DNA from: a virus
DNA: 64,000 nucleotides
Virus record (IMG/VR): IMGVR_UViG_3300032308_002010
Coordinates: 129,816-193,815 of that record
Reading direction: 5' to 3' (one strand)
Below are positions 20,597 to 30,799 of the stretch, piece by piece (position 1 is the first letter of the stretch; each line of letters begins with the position of its first letter). The translations under genes and the position numbers were made by a program. The notes beneath the pieces are model-generated. The model was not told where the DNA came from, searched no databases, and saw nothing but the letters and a program-made list of their open reading frames with translations.

Positions 20597-21832
20597 TTAC
20601 GCACCAGCGATACGCGTACGAACACTCTCTGCGCATTCAACTGATACTGCGGAAACCTTTTCCGAAAAAGAGTTGTAATTCTTCTTCGGAACAAACTCTA
20701 CCGGCGCGAGCAATTCACCGCGATACGGAAATGGCGTGTTCTGCCATTCCGCCGCCCAGTTCACCTGAATAGCGCTGAGGCGACTCAACACTAAAGGTTT
20801 AGCCGGATTCATCGCGGCTGTAAATAGCTCCTCGTCGGTTGCCTCTCTCTGCGCCCGCTTCGGGGCATTAAACCGCAAATAATTTGCGGCCTCAGACGGC
20901 ATCTGTTCAATAGCCGTCTTGACATCAATCGTTACAGCCAGCGGCTGATCAGGCGACAACAGCGCATCACACATTTCGCTTTCGGTGGGCTTAATATCGC
21001 CTACCTCGGCGTACATTCCGCGCAGAATGTCGTCCAAAATCCACTGGGGCATTCCCTCGGCCGTGTCCAGCCCATGCCGAGCCAGAATCTTACCGGCTGG
21101 GTTTGGCAGCGATACAGTCATATCACTAACCGAACCAAAGGGATTTCGATCCATATCGCCTAGAACAGGCGAGAAATCTTCAATCGCAGCGTCATGCTTG
21201 ATCGCCTTGGTGACATCCTTAGCCGACTCCTCGGTGAGCGCAGCAACGTTGATATACGCTTTGTTGCTGAATTCCCGAATCATGCTGTCGCGCAGCCTGC
21301 GCCGGTAAGTCTCCACCAACTCCGCCGGAGCGTTCTGTACGGCCAGCGCGGTCAACTTATCCTCGTCGATCCGCATGTGGTCGCGTACAGGAACATACAC
21401 CGTCGGCCAACGGCAGGGCTCGAACGCTACCGTCTCGCCCCGTTTATCGGCATACCCGTAGTTGCAGATGTTATGAAGCATGTCGCAGCCGCGCTTTGCA
21501 TTAAGGCGGTGCTTCTGCTTATTCATACTCAACTGCGACCCGAAACCCCTAGACGAAATTGGGGCGCGAAAGTCCCATTTGCCAAGAGTTTCCAGCCATA
21601 CGTTGCCCGACCTGTCTGCAAGCGCCATCGCCGCGGACAGGTTGAGGCCGGCATGCTCCGTTACTTCAAGCACTAACGCTGACGGTCGAACGTTATCGCC
21701 GAATCGCCGCGAGGGCGAATCGAATTTTTTACCTTCACCGGCTAGCCAGCTTACCGCTACGAATTCTTCGCAACGTGCCGCCACCCGATCGAAGGCCGCG
21801 ATAATTTTCTCCTGTGTCTTTGCGATATCCAC
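20597..21832 (-). CDS. Hypothetical protein (411 aa)
   Basis: Long ORF with GTG start and AGGAGT RBS; no family recognised. Confidence 0.7.
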   Translation of the reverse strand: MDIAKTQEKIIAAFDRVAARCEEFVAVSWLAGEGKKFDSPSRRFGDNVRPSALVLEVTEHAGLNLSAAMALADRSGNVWLETLGKWDFRAPISSRGFGSQLSMNKQKHRLNAKRGCDMLHNICNYGYADKRGETVAFEPCRWPTVYVPVRDHMRIDEDKLTALAVQNAPAELVETYRRRLRDSMIREFSNKAYINVAALTEESAKDVTKAIKHDAAIEDFSPVLGDMDRNPFGSVSDMTVSLPNPAGKILARHGLDTAEGMPQWILDDILRGMYAEVGDIKPTESEMCDALLSPDQPLAVTIDVKTAIEQMPSEAANYLRFNAPKRAQREATDEELFTAAMNPAKPLVLSRLSAIQVNWAAEWQNTPFPYRGELLAPVEFVPKKNYNSFSEKVSAVSVECAESVRTRIAGA

Positions 21833-22112
21833 TACCTACTCCTTTATTCAAGTTACCGTCCTTGTCGGATTCAAAGTGTTTCGACGAATATAGGGCCCAA
21901 TCATTCGGCGTCACGACAATTTCTTCATAGTCTCCACTTGAAGTCTTGTCATAAAACTGAACGACCGTCCGAGTTACATCGAGAACTTCCTGTCTGCGAA
22001 CAGGTCGTCCTTTGAACCGTACAACGTTACGCAAAACCCACAAGATCCCCCTTACAGCAATAAAGCTGCGGCTTTTAGTGCGGGCCGCGTTTAACAACAA
22101 AACGCGGTACAA
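21735..22112 (-). CDS. Possible hypothetical protein
   Basis: Fills the gap, but has a TTG start and a 98-nt overlap. Confidence 0.35.
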   Translation of the reverse strand: MYRVLLLNAARTKSRSFIAVRGILWVLRNVVRFKGRPVRRQEVLDVTRTVVQFYDKTSSGDYEEIVVTPNDWALYSSKHFESDKDGNLNKGVGSGYRKDTGENYRGLRSGGGTLRRIRSGKLASR

Positions 22113-22144
22113 TAAATATGCCAGCTTATGCTGAAAAATTTAGT

Positions 22145-22597
22145 TCAGCTGTCGGGGTCTGGGAGCACACTGTCAAAGACGTTTAAAGAGCCGTCGTCTT
22201 CGTCAGAAAAGAAGTCGCCGGAGTTGACCGACGATTTTGGCGCTGATGGTGTTTTAATTTCAGGCGGCGATTCAAGATGTACAGGGTCAACGCCAAGGTA
22301 GCCGGTCTCGTCTGGCTCTAGGCTGTCCGCAGAGATATCAAAAAGCGGCATGTTGCCCCACGGCGTCAATAGGTGGCGAAAAGGCGGTTTAGATATGTTT
22401 AAACGCACGCCGGCAAAACTAAACACACTCACGTCGCGGTTGACCAGCTCTTTCAACCGAGCAGATAATTTTTCTAGCGTGTCAAACTCCTCGACACGGA
22501 AATCGCCTTCTGGGCTAAGAATAACAGCGTAATAATGGTCGGGAGACTTGGTTTCGTCTGGTGTTATTTTTACTTCTGGATTCTGTGTGTCTTCCAT
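22145..22597 (-). CDS. Hypothetical protein
   Basis: Acidic 150-aa ORF in tight packing. Confidence 0.65.
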   Translation of the reverse strand: MEDTQNPEVKITPDETKSPDHYYAVILSPEGDFRVEEFDTLEKLSARLKELVNRDVSVFSFAGVRLNISKPPFRHLLTPWGNMPLFDISADSLEPDETGYLGVDPVHLESPPEIKTPSAPKSSVNSGDFFSDEDDGSLNVFDSVLPDPDS

Positions 22598-22598
22598 G

Positions 22599-23240
22599 TC
22601 AGTCTTTCGTGTCTAGCGGGTCAACGCCGTTAAATCCACTCATAGCCCCGGCGCGATATACGGCACGCGGCAACATGTGCAATTGGTTAGTGCTTAGCTG
22701 CCGAACAACTGCTGGCGCATTCGGCTGTTCGTCTACGTATAAGACGAACTTGTTTGACATGATTCCGACAACGTGTATTTCAAGAACCTGCCCTGTTTTT
22801 GATGTCGGGTCTGGGGTGGTAACGGCGTGCAAAAATGAGTTTGCAAACCACTGCGCTTTTGGATTGGAATACGCGATACCGCCTAAGAATTCAAAACACT
22901 CTTCTTGCCGCCGATAATCGATGGCGTAAATGCGCTTATCCCAGTTCACGACACGTTGCCGACCGGGAGCAGGCATAACTCCAAAGCCGCTAAAAAAACG
23001 CTCGTGGTCGCGCGCTAGGTCAACCGCGAAGGGCCGCATGTCACTAGACGCCGCAGGAAATCGCGCGTCGAACTCAATGACAGGGTCTCGATCAAAACCA
23101 CCGCGCGTAAACAGCAGCGCCGGCGTAAACAACACAAGCGGGTTATCGCGCTGATTGAATGCGTCTGCGCAAGAAAGGTGGGCTAACGCGTCTGCGCCAG
23201 TTATTGAATCAACTTTTACAAACGTGTCCGGCTGATCCAT
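22599..23240 (-). CDS. Hypothetical protein
   Basis: 213-aa ORF in tight packing. Confidence 0.65.
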   Translation of the reverse strand: MDQPDTFVKVDSITGADALAHLSCADAFNQRDNPLVLFTPALLFTRGGFDRDPVIEFDARFPAASSDMRPFAVDLARDHERFFSGFGVMPAPGRQRVVNWDKRIYAIDYRRQEECFEFLGGIAYSNPKAQWFANSFLHAVTTPDPTSKTGQVLEIHVVGIMSNKFVLYVDEQPNAPAVVRQLSTNQLHMLPRAVYRAGAMSGFNGVDPLDTKD

Positions 23241-23249
23241 ACCACATCA

Positions 23250-23873
23250 TTATTTTTTAGCGTGGGTAAGCCCGGCGTTTGTTGTCTGAATAAGCAGCAG
23301 CAACACAAACGCGGCGTCTACGACGTTGTCTATTCCGGTTGACTTATATTTAACTGCGTCAAACGCGGCGCCCAGTGATTTATTTGCCGCTGCAATCATG
23401 TCTTCTTTGCTAGATTTGCCGTTACCAGTTGCAAACTTTTTGATGGTACTGATAGCAAAACCGCTGGAGATAAGATCTGCCTCTTCCGCCCACGTGGCAA
23501 CAGTGACTTTCATACCGCCAAGCACTTCAGAGGCTGTAGCAACGCGAGACAGCACAGCCGGAATACCAAACTTTTTATTGACGAAAAACTCTCTGGGCGG
23601 CGTGTATTTTACATCCTCGTAGCCGATGACGTCAGGAGCAACGGTGTTTAAAAACGCGCGAAGCCTGACAAAACGAGCCGCGCCAGATTCAAGGCCCTGC
23701 ACTGACAAATCCCACTGAAACAGCTGCAGCTTTTCTTGCAGCATTTTCTTGCCGGGAATAAAGTCGTAAACAGCGACGCCGCAGTTGCTACCTAAATCAA
23801 GCCCAAGGAACCGAATTGCGTCAACCGGCTTTTTATCCAGCTTGGCCCCAAATTGCTTGGGGTCTTTGTACAT
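23250..23873 (-). CDS. ruvC: RuvC-like Holliday junction resolvase
   Basis: LGLDLGSNCGVA, IGYEDV, STIKKFATGNGKSSKEDM, DNVVDA; start moved to MYKDP. Confidence 0.85.
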   Translation of the reverse strand: MYKDPKQFGAKLDKKPVDAIRFLGLDLGSNCGVAVYDFIPGKKMLQEKLQLFQWDLSVQGLESGAARFVRLRAFLNTVAPDVIGYEDVKYTPPREFFVNKKFGIPAVLSRVATASEVLGGMKVTVATWAEEADLISSGFAISTIKKFATGNGKSSKEDMIAAANKSLGAAFDAVKYKSTGIDNVVDAAFVLLLLIQTTNAGLTHAKK

Positions 23874-23901
23874 CCTGTACTTGGGCACGCAACGCTCCTG
23901 A

Positions 23902-24576
23902 CTATTTTGGACCGGGGTAGTCGGTTTCTTTAGACGACCAAGCAACAAACCGCTGCCACAGTGACGGCTTAGTTTGTTTAGCTGTCGCAAGTGCCGTAGA
24001 ACACTCGCTGAGTTTTGCCTGCGTGTCTTGCAGCTCCTTATACACCACGTTGAGCCGGGTCTGCAATACGTCGTTCATCATTTTCAAATGCTCGGCCATA
24101 AAATTCGCATTATACGTGGGCGCGCCGTTTCGCGCCGCGAACTCAATAACCGCAGACGCAAAGCGAGCCATGTTACCGGCGACCGGGGACTCCTCGCCAA
24201 TAACAGATACCTCGCGCACGCCTTTAAACCAAGCCGCGCAAAAAACCTCGCCGATAGCCGCAAACAAAGCTAAACGCACCGGATATCTAAACGCAAAAAA
24301 CTCACGACGATTCAAAGCTTGCTCAAAACTACTGACAGGATCTGCGCCATTGACAAAGTCTCGCTGTGCGGCCGCTAACGCTTCAGCGATTTTGACAATC
24401 TCATCCTGAGAGATGTTGTGTTCTTCGTACCAATTTGCAGCGTCACCGGTACGCGCAGCTGGATCAAGATTTTCGATTGCGCGAACCATAAGCGTAGGCG
24501 TGATGTACGCATAATCGCGCTCAGGGTTGTAAAGCGGGCCGTTGTCTCCCTTTTGTCGGTAACCGATGCTACCCAT
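23902..24576 (-). CDS. Hypothetical protein with C-terminal coiled coil
   Basis: 224-aa ORF. Confidence 0.65.
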   Translation of the reverse strand: MGSIGYRQKGDNGPLYNPERDYAYITPTLMVRAIENLDPAARTGDAANWYEEHNISQDEIVKIAEALAAAQRDFVNGADPVSSFEQALNRREFFAFRYPVRLALFAAIGEVFCAAWFKGVREVSVIGEESPVAGNMARFASAVIEFAARNGAPTYNANFMAEHLKMMNDVLQTRLNVVYKELQDTQAKLSECSTALATAKQTKPSLWQRFVAWSSKETDYPGPK

Positions 24577-24588
24577 AGCCGTCCTTTC

Positions 24589-25443
24589 TTAGCTGGCAGA
24601 TTCAATGTGACGCGACGCATTGTTTTTGCATCGAACACACAAAAACCCATTATCACTGGGATCAAAAAACGCGTCTGTTTGACAGGCGTCACAATACCGC
24701 GTTACGTATGTGCGCCGATGCGTAGCAAACATGCAGTCGTCGGCGCCCAGCCAACAATGTACGCAAGAATGTTCGTAGCCATCTGGGCACGGCCGGGCGC
24801 GTGTGCGTACCTCTATCAGTCCGCGATTGTCTCGAAACATACTGCTGCTGACACTAACCGTAGAAAACGACGGCTGCTCGCGGCTGCGTTCTGCGTCGAT
24901 ATGTGCGAAGAACAGCAGGTTCAAAAAGTGCATAGCCGTGGTATACGGATATGCACCCCACGGCGCAGAAAACCCAAGCGTTTGCGAGATAGCCCGGCAG
25001 CTGTTTTGCGAGAAAAATTGCGTAAAAGACATAGGACACGGAGAACCACCAACTGCGCGGCAAGTCAGAATATAGCCAGAAGTTGTTTTCCGCTTGTACG
25101 GCCTGACACCCTCTACGCATACCGGCACTAGCTCGTCTTCTAGTTGCCGCGTCCACGGCAAAACAGGCGCGCCGTCCTTTAGTTTTTCAATGTTGCCAGC
25201 CAAGCGCCACGCCAACGTGTGTGCTGCACTCCGCGTTAACGTGGTGCCGGCCAACGCACGAATTGAATCAAAAACTGCCGCGCTCACTACTGAGTTTGGC
25301 AGTTCGTTTAAAACGTCACGGCAAATGTCGCGAAGAGTTTCACCGCCAACCATTGCGTCTATGTAAGGACGCAGCGCGCGGTCGGCGAGTCGATCGCGGT
25401 ATTGACGTAGCCGCGTATAACTAAACGGTGGGCGTTTCATCAC
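24589..25443 (-). CDS. Hypothetical protein with C-terminal Zn-binding motifs
   Basis: CPDG..HSCVHC..DC, CDAC and CVRC clusters. Confidence 0.65.
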   Translation of the reverse strand: MMKRPPFSYTRLRQYRDRLADRALRPYIDAMVGGETLRDICRDVLNELPNSVVSAAVFDSIRALAGTTLTRSAAHTLAWRLAGNIEKLKDGAPVLPWTRQLEDELVPVCVEGVRPYKRKTTSGYILTCRAVGGSPCPMSFTQFFSQNSCRAISQTLGFSAPWGAYPYTTAMHFLNLLFFAHIDAERSREQPSFSTVSVSSSMFRDNRGLIEVRTRARPCPDGYEHSCVHCWLGADDCMFATHRRTYVTRYCDACQTDAFFDPSDNGFLCVRCKNNASRHIESAS

Positions 25444-26071
25444 TGCCTCGCAACGTAACAGACGCCGCTGTCGAAGCTGTTTGAGCGGCAGTCGTAACTG
25501 TTACGGGCGCAGAAGAGTCGTCCACTGGACGGGCCACAATTTTGCGATCTGGATTGCTGGCCTCCCACTGCTGCCGTGCTTTACCGCACGTCTCTTCCGC
25601 AGACGTAGCCGTTTCTTTAACCGCAGCGGCTTCCTGCTCAAGCGCCAAAATGATCGTGCCCAGCTCGCTAGACAAGAGATTTGAGATATCGCCAACGCAC
25701 ACAACATTTTTAACGTGCGCAACAATCGGGTCAGACTCCTTGCCCGCCTTCACAGACCGAAAGCTAATAGCAATGTCCTCAATTTTGAGCGTGTCAGGAA
25801 GCGGGTCGGAGAGAGATTTCCCGTTTAGTTCGGCGCCAATGATCCGAAGAGCGCTAAAACGGGAATACAGATCTTCCATCCGCGAGGCCGCATCTTTGAT
25901 CAGCTCAGACGGATTTACCTTAATTGTTTGCTGCGGTGACGCGGCAGCAGCCTGTAAAGCTTTGGCCAGCGCAGAGGCGTCCATTTTGATCGGCACTGAC
26001 ACGTTGGTAATACCGCACGTGTTAGGCGCTTCAGATTTTGGAGCATCAATAATCGTCGTTTTCTTTGCCAT
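25421..26071 (-). CDS. Hypothetical protein
   Basis: 216-aa ORF with RBS. Confidence 0.65.
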   Translation of the reverse strand: MAKKTTIIDAPKSEAPNTCGITNVSVPIKMDASALAKALQAAAASPQQTIKVNPSELIKDAASRMEDLYSRFSALRIIGAELNGKSLSDPLPDTLKIEDIAISFRSVKAGKESDPIVAHVKNVVCVGDISNLLSSELGTIILALEQEAAAVKETATSAEETCGKARQQWEASNPDRKIVARPVDDSSAPVTVTTAAQTASTAASVTLRGSDETPTV

Positions 26072-26081
26072 TTTTTTATCC

Positions 26082-26486
26082 TTAAAGGAGTTTTACAGCG
26101 AAACCAAACCAGTAGCGTAGACCGGCGTGCGCGCCTGTGTCGGCATCATACAGCAGCTCAACCGGGTTGCCAGTCGCCACGTAGAAATGCTCGACGGGTC
26201 CGGGTAAGTAGCCGGCGCAACTCAAACCAAGCTGCAGCATAAAAGCCATTGCAAGGTCGGCCGACGGGTTTAAATCATACGGAAAAAGCGGAATGCGTAA
26301 ATACTCGTCGTGCTCGGAAAAAGCCCATGTCGGGGAGTCTCCCGGATTATATTGGGCGTCTAAAACACGCCAACGCGAGCTGCCGAGTTTTTCAACAGAT
26401 TGAATAAACGCCGGCGCAAACGGCGTACCTTCCGGCCACCCGTCACGAGTTTTTTTCATATCTAAACGGGCAACGGAAACTTTCAT
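26082..26486 (-). CDS. Hypothetical protein
   Basis: 134-aa ORF; ATGA overlap. Confidence 0.6.
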   Translation of the reverse strand: MKVSVARLDMKKTRDGWPEGTPFAPAFIQSVEKLGSSRWRVLDAQYNPGDSPTWAFSEHDEYLRIPLFPYDLNPSADLAMAFMLQLGLSCAGYLPGPVEHFYVATGNPVELLYDADTGAHAGLRYWFGFAVKLL

Positions 26487-27193
26487 GTCATCATCGTCCT
26501 TGGCGCCGCGGCTTCAACACCAGAATCATTGACATTAATTTTCACGCCTTCACGAAAATGACAAAATCGAATGTCTTGGTGTTTAAACGCTGCACCAAGC
26601 ACACGATCGCCATATTTTTGTTGAAAATCAACCGGCGGAAAATTGAGTTGATACAGCAACTCTGTTTTAATCGCCCACCACCCGCCGATAACATACGGCA
26701 GATAAGTCTTTTCGTATTCCGGGTTAAACCACGACTGCTGTTGCAGCCACAATAGTTGCTCATCGGGAAGTCTGGCGCGCTCTACGGATCCAACAAGATT
26801 GCAGCCGTTTACATTGTTTATTACACGCGCAAACCAATTGTGTACGGTGTCAGTCGGCTCCAGATAAGAGTCATGATCAAACCACATCGTAATCGGCGCG
26901 GTAATGGGCGGCTCATAGAACATACGCCGCATCATAGGATACTTCATCAGATTTTCAGTACTGTGAAAAATCGTTGCCGAATGGAAGTGATCAGCAATTT
27001 GTTGAATTAAAAATTGTGTCGTGTCTGGCCCCACAGCGTTGCAGCCAAAACGAAAAGATACGTTTTGGTTGGCCAACTCGCGCATCGGCTCGTTGAGCAC
27101 GCGCTGCGCCAGTTTAAAATGTTTGTCTTCGTTGCCGTAGAACAGCACACAGATACAAACAGATGCGGCTCCATCCGCCATACACGACTCCAT
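26483..27193 (-). CDS. Glycosyltransferase-like, GT-A fold
   Basis: MWFDHDSY (DxD-like), YVIGGWWAIKTELL, GDRVLG. Confidence 0.6.
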   Translation of the reverse strand: MESCMADGAASVCICVLFYGNEDKHFKLAQRVLNEPMRELANQNVSFRFGCNAVGPDTTQFLIQQIADHFHSATIFHSTENLMKYPMMRRMFYEPPITAPITMWFDHDSYLEPTDTVHNWFARVINNVNGCNLVGSVERARLPDEQLLWLQQQSWFNPEYEKTYLPYVIGGWWAIKTELLYQLNFPPVDFQQKYGDRVLGAAFKHQDIRFCHFREGVKINVNDSGVEAAAPRTMMT

Positions 27194-27206
27194 TCAACTA
27201 AGTAAA

Positions 27207-27755
27207 CTACAACCGTGCCGACGCCATTGACGCACGCGCCACAGCAACCGGCATGACCACCGGCGGTACTCGTGATCGGCCAAGAAGCTTCAATACCCGC
27301 ATCACGTTATGCGAATCGGGTTCGATATTCTTCTTAGCATCTTTGACCATCTTATCGATCAGTTCAAGAAACGTCGTGCGTTCTTTCACAGACGCAAAAT
27401 TGAATCTAACCGAAAACTGAGTTACTGTCTTGCCGGCGTGCTCGTCTGCAACGTCGCACCTATCCCACGCTGATTTTTCGTCGCCGCGGGTATAGACACA
27501 GGCAATTCGACCCAGAAAGTCATAGACCACAATTACAGCCGACTTATCGACATCGCCGACTAACGAGAAGGCATGCGGAAACTGGGTTGCCGGAATAAAA
27601 GGCAACTTTTCCACCGTCTGATCGTTAAATTCGAGGCGCTGTAGCTGCAGCGGAAATGTGCGATGTCCGCGTGCGTTATCAGTGATATAGAACTCGGCCT
27701 CCAGCGCGCCGACGCCGGGCTCAATCACAACTGGAACATTACGTACAGAAAACAT
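27207..27755 (-). CDS. Hypothetical protein
   Basis: AGGAGG RBS; 182 aa. Confidence 0.7.
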   Translation of the reverse strand: MFSVRNVPVVIEPGVGALEAEFYITDNARGHRTFPLQLQRLEFNDQTVEKLPFIPATQFPHAFSLVGDVDKSAVIVVYDFLGRIACVYTRGDEKSAWDRCDVADEHAGKTVTQFSVRFNFASVKERTTFLELIDKMVKDAKKNIEPDSHNVMRVLKLLGRSRVPPVVMPVAVARASMASARL

Positions 27756-27763
27756 AAAACCTC

Positions 27764-28651
27764 CTAACGCGTCATATTGGACCGGCGACGCGGCGAGGCT
27801 TCCTGCTCTTCCGTATCGTCATCAATCTCTTCACGCTTGTTCAGCTCTTCCCGAACCTTAGCGCACATCGCGCGGTGATCCGCCACGATGTCAGACAGTT
27901 TCTCAAAGTTTTCAATGATCTCAGCAAAGTAGCCTTGAACAGTTGCATCAAACTTTGACGGCGCAGCATTTACGATGTCGTCGTAAATGTTGTCGCGCTT
28001 TTCGCTAAGCCATAGCGAATCAGAACGAGAAATCCAGCGCCGCTGGTGCTGCAGCAGATCATGCAACTGCTGCTTGAGCCCCTTGGGAGACTGGTGAGTG
28101 CGGCCGCTCGTCTTTTGCTTGCCGCGCATCTCCTGCAACTCAGTCGCCAACGTGCGGGCCGTGTAAGCCTCCTCAGCGCACTTCTCCTCGACAGCAGAGC
28201 GCTGCTGATCATCGGGAATCTGCGTGAGAAGCTGTACGTGCGATGTCGTCAGCCGCCACCGCGGACGGTCCGGGCAGCGCAGACTGAGCAGCCGAATGAT
28301 CTCAGCCTCGCTCGGATACTTCTCAAAGAAGTTTACGGCACCACGCATCTGTTCGATGGTATAGACCGGCGCAAAAATTGACATGAGCAGCGAAGCTCCG
28401 TCAATGTGCTGCGTCTGCTGTTCCGCCGTTAGATAGCGTTCTGGATCTCCTTTTACCTCCGAAATAAGCTTTCCGATCCGCCAGTATGCCCGCAGGCTAG
28501 CTTCCTGCGCGTCACTGAACAGACCGTCAATTTCGGAAACGACGTCCTGCAACTCAGGCGTCAAATTCTCCGTTGCTACTAAGAGCGGCGAATTACGCGA
28601 CTCGACCATATCAGCCTGAATCATCGCCGCCGCCTTAGACTTCCTACCCAT
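27764..28651 (-). CDS. DUF1016_N (YhcG N-terminal)-like protein without the nuclease domain
   Basis: AYWRIGKLI, FFEKYP, LTTSHVQLL, R..VEEKC.EE.YT.R.L. Confidence 0.6.
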   Translation of the reverse strand: MGRKSKAAAMIQADMVESRNSPLLVATENLTPELQDVVSEIDGLFSDAQEASLRAYWRIGKLISEVKGDPERYLTAEQQTQHIDGASLLMSIFAPVYTIEQMRGAVNFFEKYPSEAEIIRLLSLRCPDRPRWRLTTSHVQLLTQIPDDQQRSAVEEKCAEEAYTARTLATELQEMRGKQKTSGRTHQSPKGLKQQLHDLLQHQRRWISRSDSLWLSEKRDNIYDDIVNAAPSKFDATVQGYFAEIIENFEKLSDIVADHRAMCAKVREELNKREEIDDDTEEQEASPRRRSNMTR

Positions 28652-28678
28652 TGAATCTCTCCCTATAAGTGAGGTTAA

Positions 28679-29833
28679 CTATTTTCGCTTTCTGCCTTTC
28701 GGGGCAGGAAGCAGCAATTCAAGCGCGGTTGTTTGCAATAGATCGCGCAGGGTGTGGTAATGCCCGCGCGAACACCGCAACATAGAACAAAACAAGTCAT
28801 AGGCAGTACGTTGCCTAAGCACTTCTTTTGTGTAGACGTCAATGGCGTCGCGCGGCTCGATGTCCGCACCGACCATTGCCGTATTTCGAATAATCTGTTT
28901 GGCGTCTTCTCTTGTGATCTTGAACTTCATCAGGTACGAAGTCCATTTGTCGTTCGCTGCGTCCATAGTTGTCTTGTCAGGAGAAAACTCCAGAGACAAA
29001 CCCATAAGCGCTGAGACGCGATTTGCTACGGCGGTCATATCAACGCTGCGCTCGGCAACCGCTGACGCCAAAATCGACACGCGACCAACAAGATCAGCGC
29101 CCGTGTGATTTAGCCGCCCGCCCTTGCCGGCAGGAGACAGCGCCGCGCCAAACTTTGTGTACAAGCACGTAGACGCGCGGATAGCGTTGCCAGTGTCTTC
29201 CCGGTTTGAGAAATACCACCCCGCCGCAAACGTGTGCCGCGGATCTGTATAAATATCTGTACGCCGTGATTTGGGGTCTATGAAATACAGCCGCAACTCT
29301 CGCCCCAGCAGCTCCGCCCGAAAAAACTCGGCCTGCGGTTGCTTGTCGTATAGCTCGTTGCTGACGGTTTCCATAAACAAACTGTTATCCAGCATGCGGT
29401 GATCGAGACCCAAAAAGCCCTCGACAGACCGCTCGCGATGGTTCACAAGCAGAGTACGCTCGCGCAACGCATCAAACCTAACACGCAGCGTAGCGTTGTA
29501 AATACTGACTGCCGCGGCAATGTCAGTAGCCCGCGTTGTTGTGCGCACCTGACGGACGTTCTCGCCAGACAGCTCGTTAAACAGCTGCGCTAGCCCGACG
29601 GACAAAACAGACGACAACGCCCGAAAACCGATAGCGTTAAACCGGTAGCCGTTTTCTACGATGCTGCCGTCGGGTCCCATAATTAACTGGGACTCCTCGA
29701 CGACCGGGACAGACTCCGTACTCGCGGATCGCATCTCCAGAAATTTTCGGCACTCTTCTAGCTGGCTTGCCGAAAACGAGAACGCCGGCACGGGCGCAAA
29801 TACACTGCGCACAGTTGTAGTTGCCGACAACAT
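28679..29833 (-). CDS. DUF932-like phage protein
   Basis: VEGFLG..HR.LDN, ELRLYF, GWYFSN.E.TG.AI pattern. Confidence 0.45.
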   Translation of the reverse strand: MLSATTTVRSVFAPVPAFSFSASQLEECRKFLEMRSASTESVPVVEESQLIMGPDGSIVENGYRFNAIGFRALSSVLSVGLAQLFNELSGENVRQVRTTTRATDIAAAVSIYNATLRVRFDALRERTLLVNHRERSVEGFLGLDHRMLDNSLFMETVSNELYDKQPQAEFFRAELLGRELRLYFIDPKSRRTDIYTDPRHTFAAGWYFSNREDTGNAIRASTCLYTKFGAALSPAGKGGRLNHTGADLVGRVSILASAVAERSVDMTAVANRVSALMGLSLEFSPDKTTMDAANDKWTSYLMKFKITREDAKQIIRNTAMVGADIEPRDAIDVYTKEVLRQRTAYDLFCSMLRCSRGHYHTLRDLLQTTALELLLPAPKGRKRK

Positions 29834-29851
29834 CCGGGCCTCCGTGCCGAA

Positions 29852-30412
29852 CTAATCGTAATACCAGTCTGCGCCTATGGCATTAAAAAGCGTCGCAGTG
29901 TGCTCGACTGTAAACATATTCTTGACAGTTGGCGGAAAACTGCAGACCCACTGGACTCGCGGAATTCCGGTGTCGTCGGTTATGTGGTTGTGCGCACATA
30001 GCATCGTTCGCACCACGGGAAAACACATAATGAACCGACGTTCTGTGTTTATTTCCAACCGGTGCAGGTTTTTGGCCACCGCAGCGAGTAACCTGTTTTT
30101 ACCGTCTTTCGGAATTTTGAACAGATCAGCCATCGTCAGTTCGTGCAGCCGCGGGATGCGCCGCCCGCACAAGACACCCGGGAAACGATGAAACTCCGAG
30201 TTAAACCAACTAAAGTTCAACTTGTCGTGGCCGGTCATGTCCCGGCACTCGTTCGCCATCTTGCCCCAACCAGATATCTTAATACCGCACTCTTTGAAGA
30301 CGCGCTTGATAATACGTTCTTCAAACGCAAGTTGCCGCTGAAAGCGAATAGCCTCAGCGCCTTGACTGTCCTGATTGAACAGCTCGTTAAAAAAGTTGTC
30401 GCGCGGATCCAT
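29852..30412 (-). CDS. Hypothetical protein
   Basis: Start moved to MDPRDNFF, right after the upstream stop. Confidence 0.6.
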   Translation of the reverse strand: MDPRDNFFNELFNQDSQGAEAIRFQRQLAFEERIIKRVFKECGIKISGWGKMANECRDMTGHDKLNFSWFNSEFHRFPGVLCGRRIPRLHELTMADLFKIPKDGKNRLLAAVAKNLHRLEINTERRFIMCFPVVRTMLCAHNHITDDTGIPRVQWVCSFPPTVKNMFTVEHTATLFNAIGADWYYD

Positions 30413-30413
30413 A

Positions 30414-30623
30414 TTAGGACGCCGGATTGTTATCAAAATAGCTGGCGATCGACTCCGGCGGCGGGAGTGGCATCCACAGCAGAAGATCTTTATCCGCCGC
30501 CAGCTCCCCACCCGTCACCATGAACTGGCTCTGCGTGATCGGGTCAGCGGCGAGCACTTTTTCTTCGCGGCCGGGGAGCCTTTCGTTTACGTGCGTCCAC
30601 CTTCCGAACTTTGGTTCCTTCAT
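30414..30623 (-). CDS. DUF551-like small phage protein
   Basis: WTHVNERLP...VL...WMPLPPP. Confidence 0.7.
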   Translation of the reverse strand: MKEPKFGRWTHVNERLPGREEKVLAADPITQSQFMVTGGELAADKDLLLWMPLPPPESIASYFDNNPAS

Positions 30624-30795
30624 GAAGCACCTTTTCTACGTCTTTGAGTAATCCTTCGGCGTTAATGATTTTGTCGCACGCTAATTCACCCGCTGGTACA
30701 CATTGATGCGTTTCCAGCACGTCTCGCACCACCCAAGCCATCCAGTCTACTTCTTCTCGCGTAAACGAGATCGAGATACTGACCGGCTTGAGCAT
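30544..30795 (-). CDS. Hypothetical protein
   Basis: MLKPVSISISF start right after the stop at 30800; overlaps the DUF551 gene. Confidence 0.45.
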   Translation of the reverse strand: MLKPVSISISFTREEVDWMAWVVRDVLETHQCVPAGELACDKIINAEGLLKDVEKVLHEGTKVRKVDARKRKAPRPRRKSARR

Positions 30796-30799
30796 TTCT

